Part shown: positions 46,043-56,219 of the stretch, piece after piece
Numbering within the stretch: the first letter of the stretch is position 1
Layout: every line of letters begins with the position of its first letter
NCBI GenBank assembly: GCA_031411295.1
Contig: JANOAV010000010.1
Span: forward strand, 25,367 to 89,366
Reading direction: 5' to 3'
DNA from: Verrucomicrobiales bacterium
Lineage (GTDB): Bacteria > Verrucomicrobiota > Verrucomicrobiia > Verrucomicrobiales > V1-33
Length of the DNA stretch: 64,000 nucleotides
Notes under the pieces: generated by a model
The model's input: only the letters and a program-made list of their open reading frames with translations
Database searches by the model: none
Told to the model about the DNA's origin: nothing
Translations under genes and position numbers: made by a program

Positions 46043-48412
46043 ATGATCATCGCCCCACTGGATCGAAAATTATTTCGTGATCTGGCGCGGATGAAGGGAC
46101 AGATCATCGCGGTTAGTGTGGTCATGGCCTGTGGTCTAGCCATGATGGTGGCGACCCGCAGCCTCATCTTAACCCTGGAGTCCACGCGAGATGCCTACTA
46201 TGAGAAATATCGGCTGGCGGATGTCTTCGGCACCTTGAAACGGGCCCCGCTGGCCATGGCGGAGCGCTTGGCGGAGATCCCGGGGGTGGCGGCAGTGGAC
46301 CCGCGCGTGGTGTTGAATGTAACGCTGGATTTACCAGGCGTGGCGGAGCCAGCCACGGGCCATATCATTTCCCTGCCAGAAGATGGACCGTTGCGCCTCA
46401 ACACCATTTTCCTGCGCTCCGGAAGGATGCCGCGCCTGGACGAACGACGCGAGGTAGTCGCGAGCGAGGCCTTTGCGCTGGCGAATCATTTAGAGCCGGG
46501 CGACTCCGTCAAGGCGGTGATTAATGGGCGACAGGACACGTTAGTGATCACGGGGGTGGGCCTCAGTCCAGAGTTTGTCTTCGAGGCCCGGGCGGGGGAA
46601 ACGCTGCCGGATAACAAGCGCTTTGGCGTCTTTTGGATGAACTATCGCGCCGTGGCCATGGCGTATCAGATGGATGGGGCGTTTAATGATTTCGTGGCGG
46701 ATCTCTCGCCAGGCGCAGCCGCCGGGCCCGTGATCGAAGAAATGGATCGACTCCTCGAATCGTATGGTGCCAACGGTGCCATCACGCGGAAGGACCACGC
46801 CTCGGCCAGGCGCTTGGATGATGAGTTGCGGGTGCTGCACGCCTTGGCAGTGGCCTATCCCATCGTGTTCCTCAGCGTGGCCGCCTTCATGGTGAATGCG
46901 GTGCTCTCGCGGTTGATTCGATTGCAGCGGGAGCAAATCGCCCAGCTCAAAGCATTGGGATATTCCTCTTGGCAGGTGGGGCGGCATTATTTGAAATTTG
47001 CCCTCGTGATTGTAGTGCTGGGCACGCTGCTGGGAAGCCTGGCGGGAAGAATGATGGGAGGTGGGCTGATTCGGATTTACGATTTGTTCTTCCGGTTTCC
47101 GAAACTGGAGTTCCGGCTGGATTACACCGCGCTCAGTTGGGCGCTGCTGGTGAGCGGCGGGGCCTCACTACTGGGCGTCTGGAGCGTAGTGCGGCAAGCG
47201 GTCAAACTCCCGCCAGCCGAAGCCATGCGTCCGGAGCCACCGGCTGATTTCAAACCGTCCATCTGGGAGCGCATGGGGATGACGCAACACTTGAGCCCGG
47301 GTTTCCGCATGGCCCTGCGCAATATCGAACGACGTCCGGTGCAGGCGGCATTCACCATCTTCGGAATCTCGCTGGCTACTGGTCTCATGGTGCTGCCGGG
47401 GGCCATGGCAGATAGCATTGATCACTTGCTAACCTATCAATGGAACGAAGTGCAGCGGCAGGATGTGGTGGCATTTCTCAGTGAGCCGGGCTCCAGCAGT
47501 GCCTTTCATGATTTGGAGCATCTCCCGGGGGTGCTGCTGGCGGAACCGATTCGCTCCGTGCAGGTGCGGCTCACCAATGGGCATCATGCCAGGAAATTAG
47601 CCATCACCGGCATGCCGCCCACGGCTGATTTGAATCGGTTGTTGGATGCTCAGCGTCAGCCGATTTTACTGCCGGAAGAGGGGATCGTGATGTCCGCCAA
47701 GCTGGCGGAAATTCTCGACGCCAAGTTAGGGGATCTGATTCAGGTCTCGGTCATGGAAGGGAAGCGGCCGGTCCAGTTGCTGCCCATCCGGGGATTGCTG
47801 GAGGATTACAGCGGAGTGGCGGCTTACATGGATCTCAACGCGCTGCGGCGTTTGCTGCAAGAGGGGGAAACCATCAATGGAGCCTATCTCACGGTGGATC
47901 AGCATCGCTGGGATGATTTCATGCGAGCGGTGAAGGAAACTCCACGCGCGGCCGTGGTGTTAGTCAAGCGGGAGCAGTTGGCTTCCTTCCGCAAGACCAC
48001 GGGACAGAGCATTGGCATTCTGCGCTCGCTCTATTTCACGCTGGCCGTCATTGTTGCGTTCGGGGTGGTTTACAACAGTGCGCGCATCGCTCTGAGCGAG
48101 CGACAGCGGGATCTGGCCACGCTGCGGGTGGTGGGCTTTACCCAGCGGGAAGTGGCCAAAGTGCTACTGGGCGAGTTGTCCATTCTGGTGCTGACAGCCA
48201 TTCCGATTGGGTTCGCGTTGGGAAGAATGCTGACCGTCGGTATTTTCAAGAGCCTCAGCACGGAAACGATCCGGCTGCCCCTGCGCATCACCACCCCGAC
48301 CTACGTCATCGCCATGCTGGTGGTGCTTACCGCGGCGGCCACGTCCTTCTGGGTGGTGAGTCGGTTGCTCAAGAAACTGGATATGGTGGGCGTCTTGAAG
48401 GCGCGGGATTGA
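46043..48412 (+). CDS. ABC transporter permease (FtsX/MacB-like, duplicated)
   Basis: LDRKLFRDL; QREQIAQLKALGYS; ERQRDLATLRVVGFT; two TM bundles. Confidence 0.92.
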   Translation: MIIAPLDRKLFRDLARMKGQIIAVSVVMACGLAMMVATRSLILTLESTRDAYYEKYRLADVFGTLKRAPLAMAERLAEIPGVAAVDPRVVLNVTLDLPGVAEPATGHIISLPEDGPLRLNTIFLRSGRMPRLDERREVVASEAFALANHLEPGDSVKAVINGRQDTLVITGVGLSPEFVFEARAGETLPDNKRFGVFWMNYRAVAMAYQMDGAFNDFVADLSPGAAAGPVIEEMDRLLESYGANGAITRKDHASARRLDDELRVLHALAVAYPIVFLSVAAFMVNAVLSRLIRLQREQIAQLKALGYSSWQVGRHYLKFALVIVVLGTLLGSLAGRMMGGGLIRIYDLFFRFPKLEFRLDYTALSWALLVSGGASLLGVWSVVRQAVKLPPAEAMRPEPPADFKPSIWERMGMTQHLSPGFRMALRNIERRPVQAAFTIFGISLATGLMVLPGAMADSIDHLLTYQWNEVQRQDVVAFLSEPGSSSAFHDLEHLPGVLLAEPIRSVQVRLTNGHHARKLAITGMPPTADLNRLLDAQRQPILLPEEGIVMSAKLAEILDAKLGDLIQVSVMEGKRPVQLLPIRGLLEDYSGVAAYMDLNALRRLLQEGETINGAYLTVDQHRWDDFMRAVKETPRAAVVLVKREQLASFRKTTGQSIGILRSLYFTLAVIVAFGVVYNSARIALSERQRDLATLRVVGFTQREVAKVLLGELSILVLTAIPIGFALGRMLTVGIFKSLSTETIRLPLRITTPTYVIAMLVVLTAAATSFWVVSRLLKKLDMVGVLKARD

Positions 48413-48428
48413 ACTTGCCCGAACACAC

Positions 48429-48463
48429 CACAGGCCAGACTGCACGGGGCAGGCTGGCCTGTG
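48429..48463. terminator. Stem-loop between convergent genes
   Basis: CACAGGCCAG-A-CTGC / GCAG-G-CTGGCCTGTG arms. Confidence 0.55.
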
Positions 48464-48503
48464 AGCATGCGATCTGCACCGGAGCGCAGGAGCAGTTAAA
48501 ATT

Positions 48504-48683
48504 CTATTCTTCTGCCTTCTTGGCAGCGGCCGCTGGTTTCTTGGCGGGAGCGGCTTTCTTCTTGGCCTTCTCAGCCTTAGCGCCCTTGGGGCTGGCTTTG
48601 GCGAGTTTGATGGCTTCCTTCCTACGCTTGCCGCGGAGTTGGAGACGTTTACGTTTGGCGATTTTGCGGAGCTGTTGACCCAT
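48504..48683 (-). CDS. Small, very basic Lys/Arg/Ala-rich protein (59 aa; below ORF-track cutoff)
   Basis: Manual translation MGQQLRKIAKRKRLQLRGKRRKEAIKLAKASPKGAKAEKAKKKAAPAKKPAAAAKKAEE*; codons such as CGT/AAG/GCC look like a highly expressed gene. Confidence 0.78.
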   Translation of the reverse strand: MGQQLRKIAKRKRLQLRGKRRKEAIKLAKASPKGAKAEKAKKKAAPAKKPAAAAKKAEE

Positions 48684-48821
48684 GAGATTTACGAATGGTG
48701 AAGTTACGGTGGTTTAAGATTGGCCGTGCTATTACCTGCTTCCCGGGCCCGGGGCAAGTAAAAAGGCTGCCGAGATTTTCCGGAAGGCGCAGGACAAAAA
48801 TGTCGATGGAAGCGGCGGGAC

Positions 48822-50000
48822 CTACTTCCCGATGATACCTTCCAACTTTTTGGCGATATCCTCCAGATCTTTCTTCAACCGGGTTTCGAGTGCGTCCAGT
48901 CGCTTGATTTCGGCTTCCAGATTGGATTTTGATTTCTCGAGTTCTTCGGTTTCAGGATGGAAGAATTTGCCATCTCCCACATCCTTCAGCAGCGTAACGA
49001 CGGTGGCGCTGGGAATGGCCAGGCTTTCCGTGCGGCCACTGTGGGCGATGTTGATGCCGACGACGTGGCCATCCAAGTTGACCAGCGGGCCGCCGCATTC
49101 GAAAGGTTTGAGGAATAAATCATGCTGCAGAGCGGCCGGAAAGCCAGTTCGGTGCTCGCTCAAGGCACCACTCATGAGATTGCGCGGATCCTCGAAGCGC
49201 CGCATGGCATCAGGGACATCTCCCCGCCGCCGCAGGATGGCGTCGATATCCTTTTCTTCATTGGCGCGTTTGATGCGGATCTGAATTTTCTCCGTCGGCT
49301 TGCAACTGCCAACCGTGCGAATGAACTCTTCCACGCTGGCGACCATGGTGCCGTTCAGTTTGAGCACGATGTCTTTGGCCTTCAATCCAGCGTCAAAGGC
49401 GGCACTGCGTTCGGAGACACTTTCGATTTCCAGCCCGGCTTCACTTGACTTGAGCCCCACGCCGAGAAAGCCCTTGTTGGCATCATCCAAATTGCGCGTC
49501 TTCACACTCACGACTCCGTAGGTGATCGGGGTATCCTCCAGACCAGTGGCGGCAAGGAACGTTCCTAGCACCGCTTCATCCTTGCTGAAAACGACCGGGC
49601 GCAGACCGGATACTTCCACCTTCAACAGGGCCAAGTCATAGGGGCGATAGGTGTCCACCACCTTGGCATTCATGCGCAGGCCACCTGGGGCCAGGGGGCT
49701 CTTCGCCAGCGTGACCACAAGCTCTTTGCTGCCCACCACTTCGCTGGCTTTGGTAATGAGGTATCCTTGATCACTGACGACCGTGGCCATGGCGAGCCTT
49801 TTGTTACCTTCCTTGGAGAAGACTTGGGCCGTGCTGAGACGGGCCTCCGCCACCACGGGAGCATACAGGCGAAGAGCATCGGCGGCCCGCTTACCGTATT
49901 TGTCCACCCCGATCTCTTCCAAGGGATTGGGCAAGCGCGGTGGTTCCGCCCAGAGAAGAGCAGGAGTGATGGCCAGCAGCAGGGTGGTTAGCGTTTTCAT
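48822..50000 (-). CDS. HtrA-like PDZ protein with degenerate catalytic site
   Basis: ITKASEV replaces the His motif; DLALLK; PDZ (GFLGV) inserted before ECGGPLVNLDG.VVGIN. Confidence 0.85.
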   Translation of the reverse strand: MKTLTTLLLAITPALLWAEPPRLPNPLEEIGVDKYGKRAADALRLYAPVVAEARLSTAQVFSKEGNKRLAMATVVSDQGYLITKASEVVGSKELVVTLAKSPLAPGGLRMNAKVVDTYRPYDLALLKVEVSGLRPVVFSKDEAVLGTFLAATGLEDTPITYGVVSVKTRNLDDANKGFLGVGLKSSEAGLEIESVSERSAAFDAGLKAKDIVLKLNGTMVASVEEFIRTVGSCKPTEKIQIRIKRANEEKDIDAILRRRGDVPDAMRRFEDPRNLMSGALSEHRTGFPAALQHDLFLKPFECGGPLVNLDGHVVGINIAHSGRTESLAIPSATVVTLLKDVGDGKFFHPETEELEKSKSNLEAEIKRLDALETRLKKDLEDIAKKLEGIIGK

Positions 50001-50017
50001 GGGTGGAACTGGTTGGG

Positions 50018-51367
50018 TTATTTCTTGGAAAGGGTAACTTCGAGCGTGAGCACTTCTGCGCCACGCTTGATGGTGAAGGAAACTTTATCGCCCGGCTTGT
50101 GACGTCGCAGCGCCTCGGCCAGGTTGAGGGAGGTGCGGATGGGCTTGCCATCCAATTCAGTTACGATGTCGTTGGGCTTTAATCCTCCTTGAGCCGCTGG
50201 GCTATCCTGCGCCACTTCCGTGATCAGGGCTTCCTCCGCGGTGCCGTCCAACTCGGCCCCGCAGTAGGCCCGGGGGCGCACTGGTTGTTCGGCCGGCATG
50301 GTGCGGGGTTTCTTGGGCTCCTCTTTCGGCTGGTCACCAGGCTCGGCTTTGGGATCTGCTTTAGGTTCAGGTGGGCGGGCGGCCACCTTGGCTTTGCCGG
50401 GGAGCAGCTCGATTTCGTGCGCCAGAGTCTCGTCTCCTCTTTTAAGTTCTATTTTAATGACATCTCCGGCCTTCCGATCCGATAGCTCCCGCATAACGGC
50501 AAAATAGTTTGGGATATTAACGCCGTCGAACTTGGTAATGACATCGCCTTCCTTCAGTCCGAGTTTTTCCGCCTTGCTGTCCGGCACTACGGCCAAGATG
50601 GGGGCTCCGCCCGTCAATTTCTCCCGATCCAAGGTCAGCCCCAGCTTGGGCCGGTTGGGATCGGTGCCACTCATGCGAAGTTCTCCCCAGACCTTGGATG
50701 CCATGAGGTCATCCCAATCTCCCCTCAGCGTGTCCAGCGCAATGTGGCGATTGTGTTCCGCAGAGGCGTTGATGGAGGAATGGATGCCGATGACTTTGCC
50801 GTCCAAATCAAACAAGGGACCACCGGAGTCCCCGCCAATGAGCGTGCAATCTGTGAAAATACCACCTTCGGGGTCGCGCTGCCAGACGCGCCCGAGGCGC
50901 ACCGGCGGCTTGCGTTCGAGCTTGAAGCCGCCGGGGTGGCCCAGGGCCACACACCAGTCGCCCAGCTTGAGCAAGTTAGAGTCGCCCATTTCCGCAAACG
51001 GATATTCCCCCGGCACATCGATCTTGGCCAAGCCCGCATCACTGCCGCGGTTGGCTCCGAGCGCGGTGCCTTTGACATGTTTGCCGTCAGGGAAAATGAT
51101 GTCCAGTTCTTTGCCCGTGGCCTGAGTCACGTGGGCCGCAGTTAGGATGAGACCCTCTTTATTAATGATAATGCCGCTGCCGGTGCCGGCCATGGCTTTG
51201 TTCGTAATGCAGACGACGGCGGGCTGGACTTTGGCCACCAAGGTTTGCACGCGCTGCTCCCGTTCTTTTAAGCCTGCCAGCGACTCCTCGGCTGGCAACG
51301 AAGGCAGACTAGCGACGGCAGAAGCCAACAGCCAAATCGAGAAACGGGGACGGACGAGAATTTTCAT
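50018..51367 (-). CDS. HtrA/DegP-family (S1C) serine protease with two PDZ domains
   Basis: GSGIII, LTAAHV, DAGL, GGDSGGPLF; two PDZ domains. Confidence 0.92.
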   Translation of the reverse strand: MKILVRPRFSIWLLASAVASLPSLPAEESLAGLKEREQRVQTLVAKVQPAVVCITNKAMAGTGSGIIINKEGLILTAAHVTQATGKELDIIFPDGKHVKGTALGANRGSDAGLAKIDVPGEYPFAEMGDSNLLKLGDWCVALGHPGGFKLERKPPVRLGRVWQRDPEGGIFTDCTLIGGDSGGPLFDLDGKVIGIHSSINASAEHNRHIALDTLRGDWDDLMASKVWGELRMSGTDPNRPKLGLTLDREKLTGGAPILAVVPDSKAEKLGLKEGDVITKFDGVNIPNYFAVMRELSDRKAGDVIKIELKRGDETLAHEIELLPGKAKVAARPPEPKADPKAEPGDQPKEEPKKPRTMPAEQPVRPRAYCGAELDGTAEEALITEVAQDSPAAQGGLKPNDIVTELDGKPIRTSLNLAEALRRHKPGDKVSFTIKRGAEVLTLEVTLSKK

Positions 51368-51489
51368 AGAGGATTTATTTCTTCCCCAGCATAAACGGAG
51401 CCAGCCTGCGATGCAATCTTACTCGGAGGATATTTACGGGTTTCCGGGTCGGAAACTTTGCTGGTCAACTTCTGGTGCGGAAACGGGGA

Positions 51490-52566
51490 TCACACCTTGC
51501 CGACCACTTTGCCGCTTTGCCCCCAAGCCTTGGCGTAATGATGCGCCAGCCGCAGCTTCTGAGCAACATGGACGGAGATGGTGAAAGGATACAGCGGCGG
51601 CTCGCCCAAGCTGTGAGAGACTTCGTTCAACACGGTTGAGAGGCACATCCAGCGTTGCAGCAGGGCGACGAATTCACCGTCCAAACTGGCGGTGGAGGGG
51701 AGGATCGTGGGGAGGAAACCCGCTTCGACCGGCAGGATCATAAGCGGCAGGGCGAGATGCTGCACTTGAATGCCGAGGCTATCGCAGGTCTCCAGCCCAT
51801 CTAAGATTTGCAAGTAGTGCGCCCACGTTTCCGCCCAGTCCTCCCAGGGATGAGACGCGGCATAGCCAGTAATGAAATGTTGTTCCCAGCCGGGAGGTGG
51901 CCCGCATTCGTAGTGGGTGCTGAGGGCGGTGCCATAGTCCAGCCACTCATCTCCAAAGCGCTCCCTGAAGGCCACGCGCCACGGGGCTTCCCAAGGGAGA
52001 TCCGAAAGGAATCGCTGCCAGAAATAATGGGCGCTTTCGTGGCGGAAGTGGCCGAGCAACGTGCGGCTGCTTTCCCCCAACTGCTGGCGGTTGATTTGCC
52101 GGTAGGTGTCGTCCGCCTCCTCCAAGTTCACCGTGATCACCCCATTGAGATGGCCCGTGGTCACTTCCGGATTGGCGAGGGAGCTGATCATGTCAAAAGC
52201 CAACCCCACCTGCGGGTTTTCTGACTTGGCGGGCAACGGAATCCCCAACCGCAGCAAGCTATAGAGCAAACGTCGCTTCGCCATTTCCATGCGTCCCCAA
52301 AGCAGGCGATTGCGCTCATTGGTCAACTCGGGGATGGTGCGGTTTTTCCGGCAGGCCACACAAAGCGTGTCCGCTGCGTGACTTGGCACCAACCAGTTGC
52401 ACACACTATATTTGAGGCCGTTGGCGCACAGCTTCATTGGACCTCCGGCCAGTAAACGCCGCATGTTGCCAGCCAAGGGATCGTAGCCCGTGGGTTGGTT
52501 GCACTTCAGGCACTGGAAGCTGCTGAAGAAGAGGATGTTGCCGCATTCGCAGGTGAATCGTTGCAT
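51490..52566 (-). CDS. Putative zinc-binding metallopeptidase with N-terminal zinc ribbon (DUF2248-like)
   Basis: CECG...CLKC, CAN...CNW...CVAC; TGHLNGVIT; RTLLGHFRHESAHY; HPWEDWAETWAHYL. Confidence 0.88.
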   Translation of the reverse strand: MQRFTCECGNILFFSSFQCLKCNQPTGYDPLAGNMRRLLAGGPMKLCANGLKYSVCNWLVPSHAADTLCVACRKNRTIPELTNERNRLLWGRMEMAKRRLLYSLLRLGIPLPAKSENPQVGLAFDMISSLANPEVTTGHLNGVITVNLEEADDTYRQINRQQLGESSRTLLGHFRHESAHYFWQRFLSDLPWEAPWRVAFRERFGDEWLDYGTALSTHYECGPPPGWEQHFITGYAASHPWEDWAETWAHYLQILDGLETCDSLGIQVQHLALPLMILPVEAGFLPTILPSTASLDGEFVALLQRWMCLSTVLNEVSHSLGEPPLYPFTISVHVAQKLRLAHHYAKAWGQSGKVVGKV

Positions 52567-52675
52567 GTATTACTGGCGACTCTGGAAAGAAGTGCCGCGT
52601 TTACCCTGCCCCTGAATTGCGTAGCTGTCATGCGCTCTTTGGCATTGATTCCGTCCTTGCATGACCAGAGGCCGC

Positions 52676-53371
52676 ATGAAAACTCATCTCAGCGCAAACC
52701 TCCAGCCCATGAAATCACACCACAAATATATTCGCATCGTCCTCTCCGGTGGTCCCGGGGGAGGTAAGACCACTGCGGCAGACTTGTTCCGGCGGGAAAT
52801 TGGGGATCGCGTGGTGATTGTGCCGGAAGCGGCTACGATCCTGTTCCAGGGCGGGTTCCCGCGCTCGCAGGAGCCAGTGGCCCTCAGGATCGCACAAACG
52901 GCCATCTTCCATGTGCAGCGACATTTGGAGGATGTGCAAAGCGCGCTGTATCCCGAACGCACCTTGCTGTGTGATCGTGGCACCATTGATGGCGCAGCCT
53001 ATTGGCCGGGGAAGCCAGCGGACTATTTTAAATCCGTCGGCACCTCACTGAAGCAGGAACTGCTGCGTTACGACGTGGTCATTTTCTTCGAAACCGCCGC
53101 CGCGGGTGGCTGTTCCATCGAAGGCGGGAACCCAGTCCGCACGGAATCCATGGACGAGGCCGTGGCGCTGGATGCCAAACTCCGCGGGCTCTGGTCGCAA
53201 CATCCACGATTTATTTTAGTGCCGCACAATCCTTCGTTCTTCAAGAAAATTAGCTTCGGACTGGCAGCGTTGGAGGGGATCTTTTCGCAGTGGAATGGCG
53301 GGCTCTATCCCAACGCCGCTGAATTGAATGCCAAGACCGGTCACAAAAAGCAACGGAAGCCCACCTCGTAA
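52676..53371 (+). CDS. AAA_28/NadR-type P-loop NTPase
   Basis: RIVLSGGPGGGKTT, VPEAAT, LCDRGTID; start may be 52709. Confidence 0.85.
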   Translation: MKTHLSANLQPMKSHHKYIRIVLSGGPGGGKTTAADLFRREIGDRVVIVPEAATILFQGGFPRSQEPVALRIAQTAIFHVQRHLEDVQSALYPERTLLCDRGTIDGAAYWPGKPADYFKSVGTSLKQELLRYDVVIFFETAAAGGCSIEGGNPVRTESMDEAVALDAKLRGLWSQHPRFILVPHNPSFFKKISFGLAALEGIFSQWNGGLYPNAAELNAKTGHKKQRKPTS

Positions 53372-53506
53372 TCAATCGATGAGGCGGCAGGCGGGTCGGG
53401 GGTTGTTTAGAGAAGTGGTTCCAAGAAACTTTCTTGATCTGGATCTTGAGTGCAGCCGTATCTTGCCTTACAATGCCCTGCGGATCCCTCCGCCGCCCAC
53501 CTCGTC

Positions 53507-53884
53507 GTGAAACAATTATTCGCCATCCTCCTATTGCTTACGGTAGCGCTCCCCAGTTCACTCTGGTCCAGCGTATGTCAGCGAGCATCCAGGAAGGCAC
53601 CTGTTTGCGATACGAAAACTGCTGCGCACTGCGCCTGTTGCAAGACCTCCTCCTGTTCCTGTGCACCTGCCGAGCAAGAACCGCCCCGCACGCCACTCCC
53701 CGCCCTGCCACAGCGTTCGATCGGTGCATCCGACCTGTTGCTGATGATTCAGCCTGTGGGCATTGCGCCTCCATTGCTGGATCGGGCTGTGAGCATGAGA
53801 ACGTTTCCGTGTGCGGGTGTTAGTTCCAACTGGCAGACCCCACGGGTGCCGCTCTATCGGCGGCACTGCGCAGTTTTGTGTTGA
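53507..53884 (+). CDS. Cys-rich small exported protein typical of the start of metal-resistance operons
   Basis: GTG start; hydrophobic N-terminus; HCACCKTSSCSC; ends PLYRRHCAVLC. Confidence 0.6.
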   Translation: MKQLFAILLLLTVALPSSLWSSVCQRASRKAPVCDTKTAAHCACCKTSSCSCAPAEQEPPRTPLPALPQRSIGASDLLLMIQPVGIAPPLLDRAVSMRTFPCAGVSSNWQTPRVPLYRRHCAVLC

Positions 53885-53967
53885 AGCAGCACCCTTCCGG
53901 CCTGCGGTGTGCCCTAACATTAGGGCCTAACCGCCACCGGAAGCATTGAGCCACGTCACGTCGTGCT

Positions 53968-53991
53968 CCCGACCTCAGAATGTCGGGCTAC
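53968..53991 (-). repeat. REP-like element GTAG-CCCGAC-N8-GTCGGG
   Basis: GTAG tetranucleotide followed by a 6-bp stem on the minus strand. Confidence 0.5.
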
Positions 53992-54080
53992 GTTGACTCC
54001 GTAATGGATTTTCATTTGGCCTCTCTGGCCGCAGGTTTGCTGACCAAGTGTCCGCGCTGCCTTCACAATTATAACACATC

Positions 54081-56183
54081 ATGAAATTTTATTTATTCCT
54101 GTTGGCGCTGGTATGCGCTAACACAGAGCGGGCCTCAGCCAAGCTCGTTGACTATACGCTAACCATTCAAGAAACCACGCTGGCTCCGGCTGGCAAAAAC
54201 GCGCGTGCCCTGACCATCAATGGCGGCCTGCCCGGGCCCACGCTGCATTTCCGGGAGGGTGATACCGCGCGCATTACCGTCGTCAACGGCCTGCAGGGCG
54301 AGGAAGTTTCCACCCACTGGCATGGCTTGCTGGTGCCGAACGATCAGGACGGCGTGCCCTACATCACCACGCCCCCCATTTTCTCGGGCCAATCCCACAC
54401 CTTTGAATTCCAGCTCCATCAAGCGGGCACTTACTGGTATCACAGCCACACCGGATTACAGGAACAACGCGGCGTTTACGGGGCCATCGTGATTGATCCC
54501 AAGGGCGAGTCTGTCGTTAAAACAGATCGCGACGCAGTCCTCTTGCTCTCGGACTGGACCAATGAATCGCCCACCGAAGTCATGCGCACCCTGATGCGCG
54601 GGAGCGATTGGTATGCCATCCGCAAAGGCACCGCGCAATCCATCTTGGGAGCTGCCAAGGCGGGCTTCCTCAAGGACTACTTCGACCGGGAAAAAGCCCG
54701 CCTGCCCGCCATGGACGTGTCGGACATCGCCTACGATGCCTTCCTCATCAACGGCCAACGCCGCTCAGACTTGGCGGCCAAGCCGGGCGAGCGCGTGCGC
54801 CTTCGGGTCATCAATGGCGGGACCGCTTCCTATTTCTATCTCAACTCCGCCACCGGCCCCTTAACCATCATTGCTTCGGATGGCATGAACGTAAAACCCA
54901 TCCAGCAGCACCGACTCCTGATCGGCATGGGGGAGACGTATGATTTGCTCTTCACCGTGCCGCCCAGTGGGGCCTGGGAGTTCCGTGCTACGGCCCAGGA
55001 TGGTTCCGGGCATGCCTCCTATTTCATTGGTTCGGGCGCGGAAAGATTGGCTCCAGAGATTGAGCGCCTCAACCCTTATAGCATGAATGTGGCGCTGGCT
55101 GCAGTGTTGGATCAATTGGATGAAACAGGCCACCAGACCGATCGGCAAGCCCTCGCCACCGAGAAGCCCCGCCCCCTTCCGCCCTACAAACGCCTGCAAT
55201 CCCTCCAGCCCACCACCCTGCCCAAGCACGCTCCGGTGCGTAAACTCACCCTCAAACTCAGTGGCGATATGATGCGCTACCTCTGGACCATCAACGGCAC
55301 CACCCTCACCGAGGACAGCACCATTCCCGTGAAACGCGGGGAAATTTTGCAACTCGACCTCCGCAACGATAGCATGATGCACCACCCGATGCACCTCCAC
55401 GGACATTTCTTCCGACTCCTCATGGAGGATGCCGTGGACCCACGGTATGCCCCCTTGAAACACACTGTGGATGTTCCTCCCATGAGCCATCGCCTCATCG
55501 AATTCTATGCCAACGAGGAGAAGGATTGGGTCTTCCATTGCCATCTCCTCTACCACATGCATGCCGGCATGATGAAAGTCATCAGCTACGATGGGCAGGA
55601 GCCAAACCACGAACCCAAGCTGAATCTGGCCGAGGAGAATCCCTTCTATTTCCTCCTCGACGGGAACCTCCAGACCCACATGAGCATGGGCCGGGCTTCC
55701 TTGATGGATGCGCGGAACGATTTCATGGCCATGTGGGACGTTGGCTGGGGCCATGACACCGAGGGCATGATGGAATCGCATGCTGGCGAACCGCACCATC
55801 AACACGAGATGCCGGACGTTTCCTATGAAATCGACCTCACCTACCAACGCTACCTCAACCCCCGCTGGATGGTCTATGGCGGCTATCGGCTGACGAACAT
55901 GATGGATCAGGAAAACAGTTTCCTTGTTGGAGTCATGCATCATTTCCCCTACATGGTGGAAGCCAACCTGAGTGTTGAAAGCACCGGAGATGTGCGTCTC
56001 GGACTGATGAAATCGTTCCAACTGACTGACCGCTTCAGCATCTTCGGACGGGTGGAATACGATACCGCCGAGGACTTCATGTGGCAGGCCGGAGCCAACT
56101 ACACCCTCACGAAAAACTTCGGCCTCATCACCAGCTACGATTCCGATCACGGCTTCGGAGGCGGTCTTTCTTTTCGCTTCTAG
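54081..56183 (+). CDS. Multicopper oxidase (CopA/PcoA-like) with C-terminal beta-barrel-like domain
   Basis: HWHG, WYHSH, HPMHLHGH, HCHLLYHMHAGM; C-terminal alternating beta strands ending LSFRF. Confidence 0.92.
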   Translation: MKFYLFLLALVCANTERASAKLVDYTLTIQETTLAPAGKNARALTINGGLPGPTLHFREGDTARITVVNGLQGEEVSTHWHGLLVPNDQDGVPYITTPPIFSGQSHTFEFQLHQAGTYWYHSHTGLQEQRGVYGAIVIDPKGESVVKTDRDAVLLLSDWTNESPTEVMRTLMRGSDWYAIRKGTAQSILGAAKAGFLKDYFDREKARLPAMDVSDIAYDAFLINGQRRSDLAAKPGERVRLRVINGGTASYFYLNSATGPLTIIASDGMNVKPIQQHRLLIGMGETYDLLFTVPPSGAWEFRATAQDGSGHASYFIGSGAERLAPEIERLNPYSMNVALAAVLDQLDETGHQTDRQALATEKPRPLPPYKRLQSLQPTTLPKHAPVRKLTLKLSGDMMRYLWTINGTTLTEDSTIPVKRGEILQLDLRNDSMMHHPMHLHGHFFRLLMEDAVDPRYAPLKHTVDVPPMSHRLIEFYANEEKDWVFHCHLLYHMHAGMMKVISYDGQEPNHEPKLNLAEENPFYFLLDGNLQTHMSMGRASLMDARNDFMAMWDVGWGHDTEGMMESHAGEPHHQHEMPDVSYEIDLTYQRYLNPRWMVYGGYRLTNMMDQENSFLVGVMHHFPYMVEANLSVESTGDVRLGLMKSFQLTDRFSIFGRVEYDTAEDFMWQAGANYTLTKNFGLITSYDSDHGFGGGLSFRF

Positions 56184-56219
56184 CAAACCTAATCGCCCCA
56201 AACCAACCCAACCAAAATC

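Noticed and set aside
23081..48412. HlyD adaptor (23081) and ABC permease (46043) as one transporter
   Set aside because: 22 kb apart, no ATPase beside either, and nothing in the sequence links them
48409..48678. 89-aa plus-strand ORF
   Set aside because: Antisense shadow of the 59-aa Lys/Ala-rich gene
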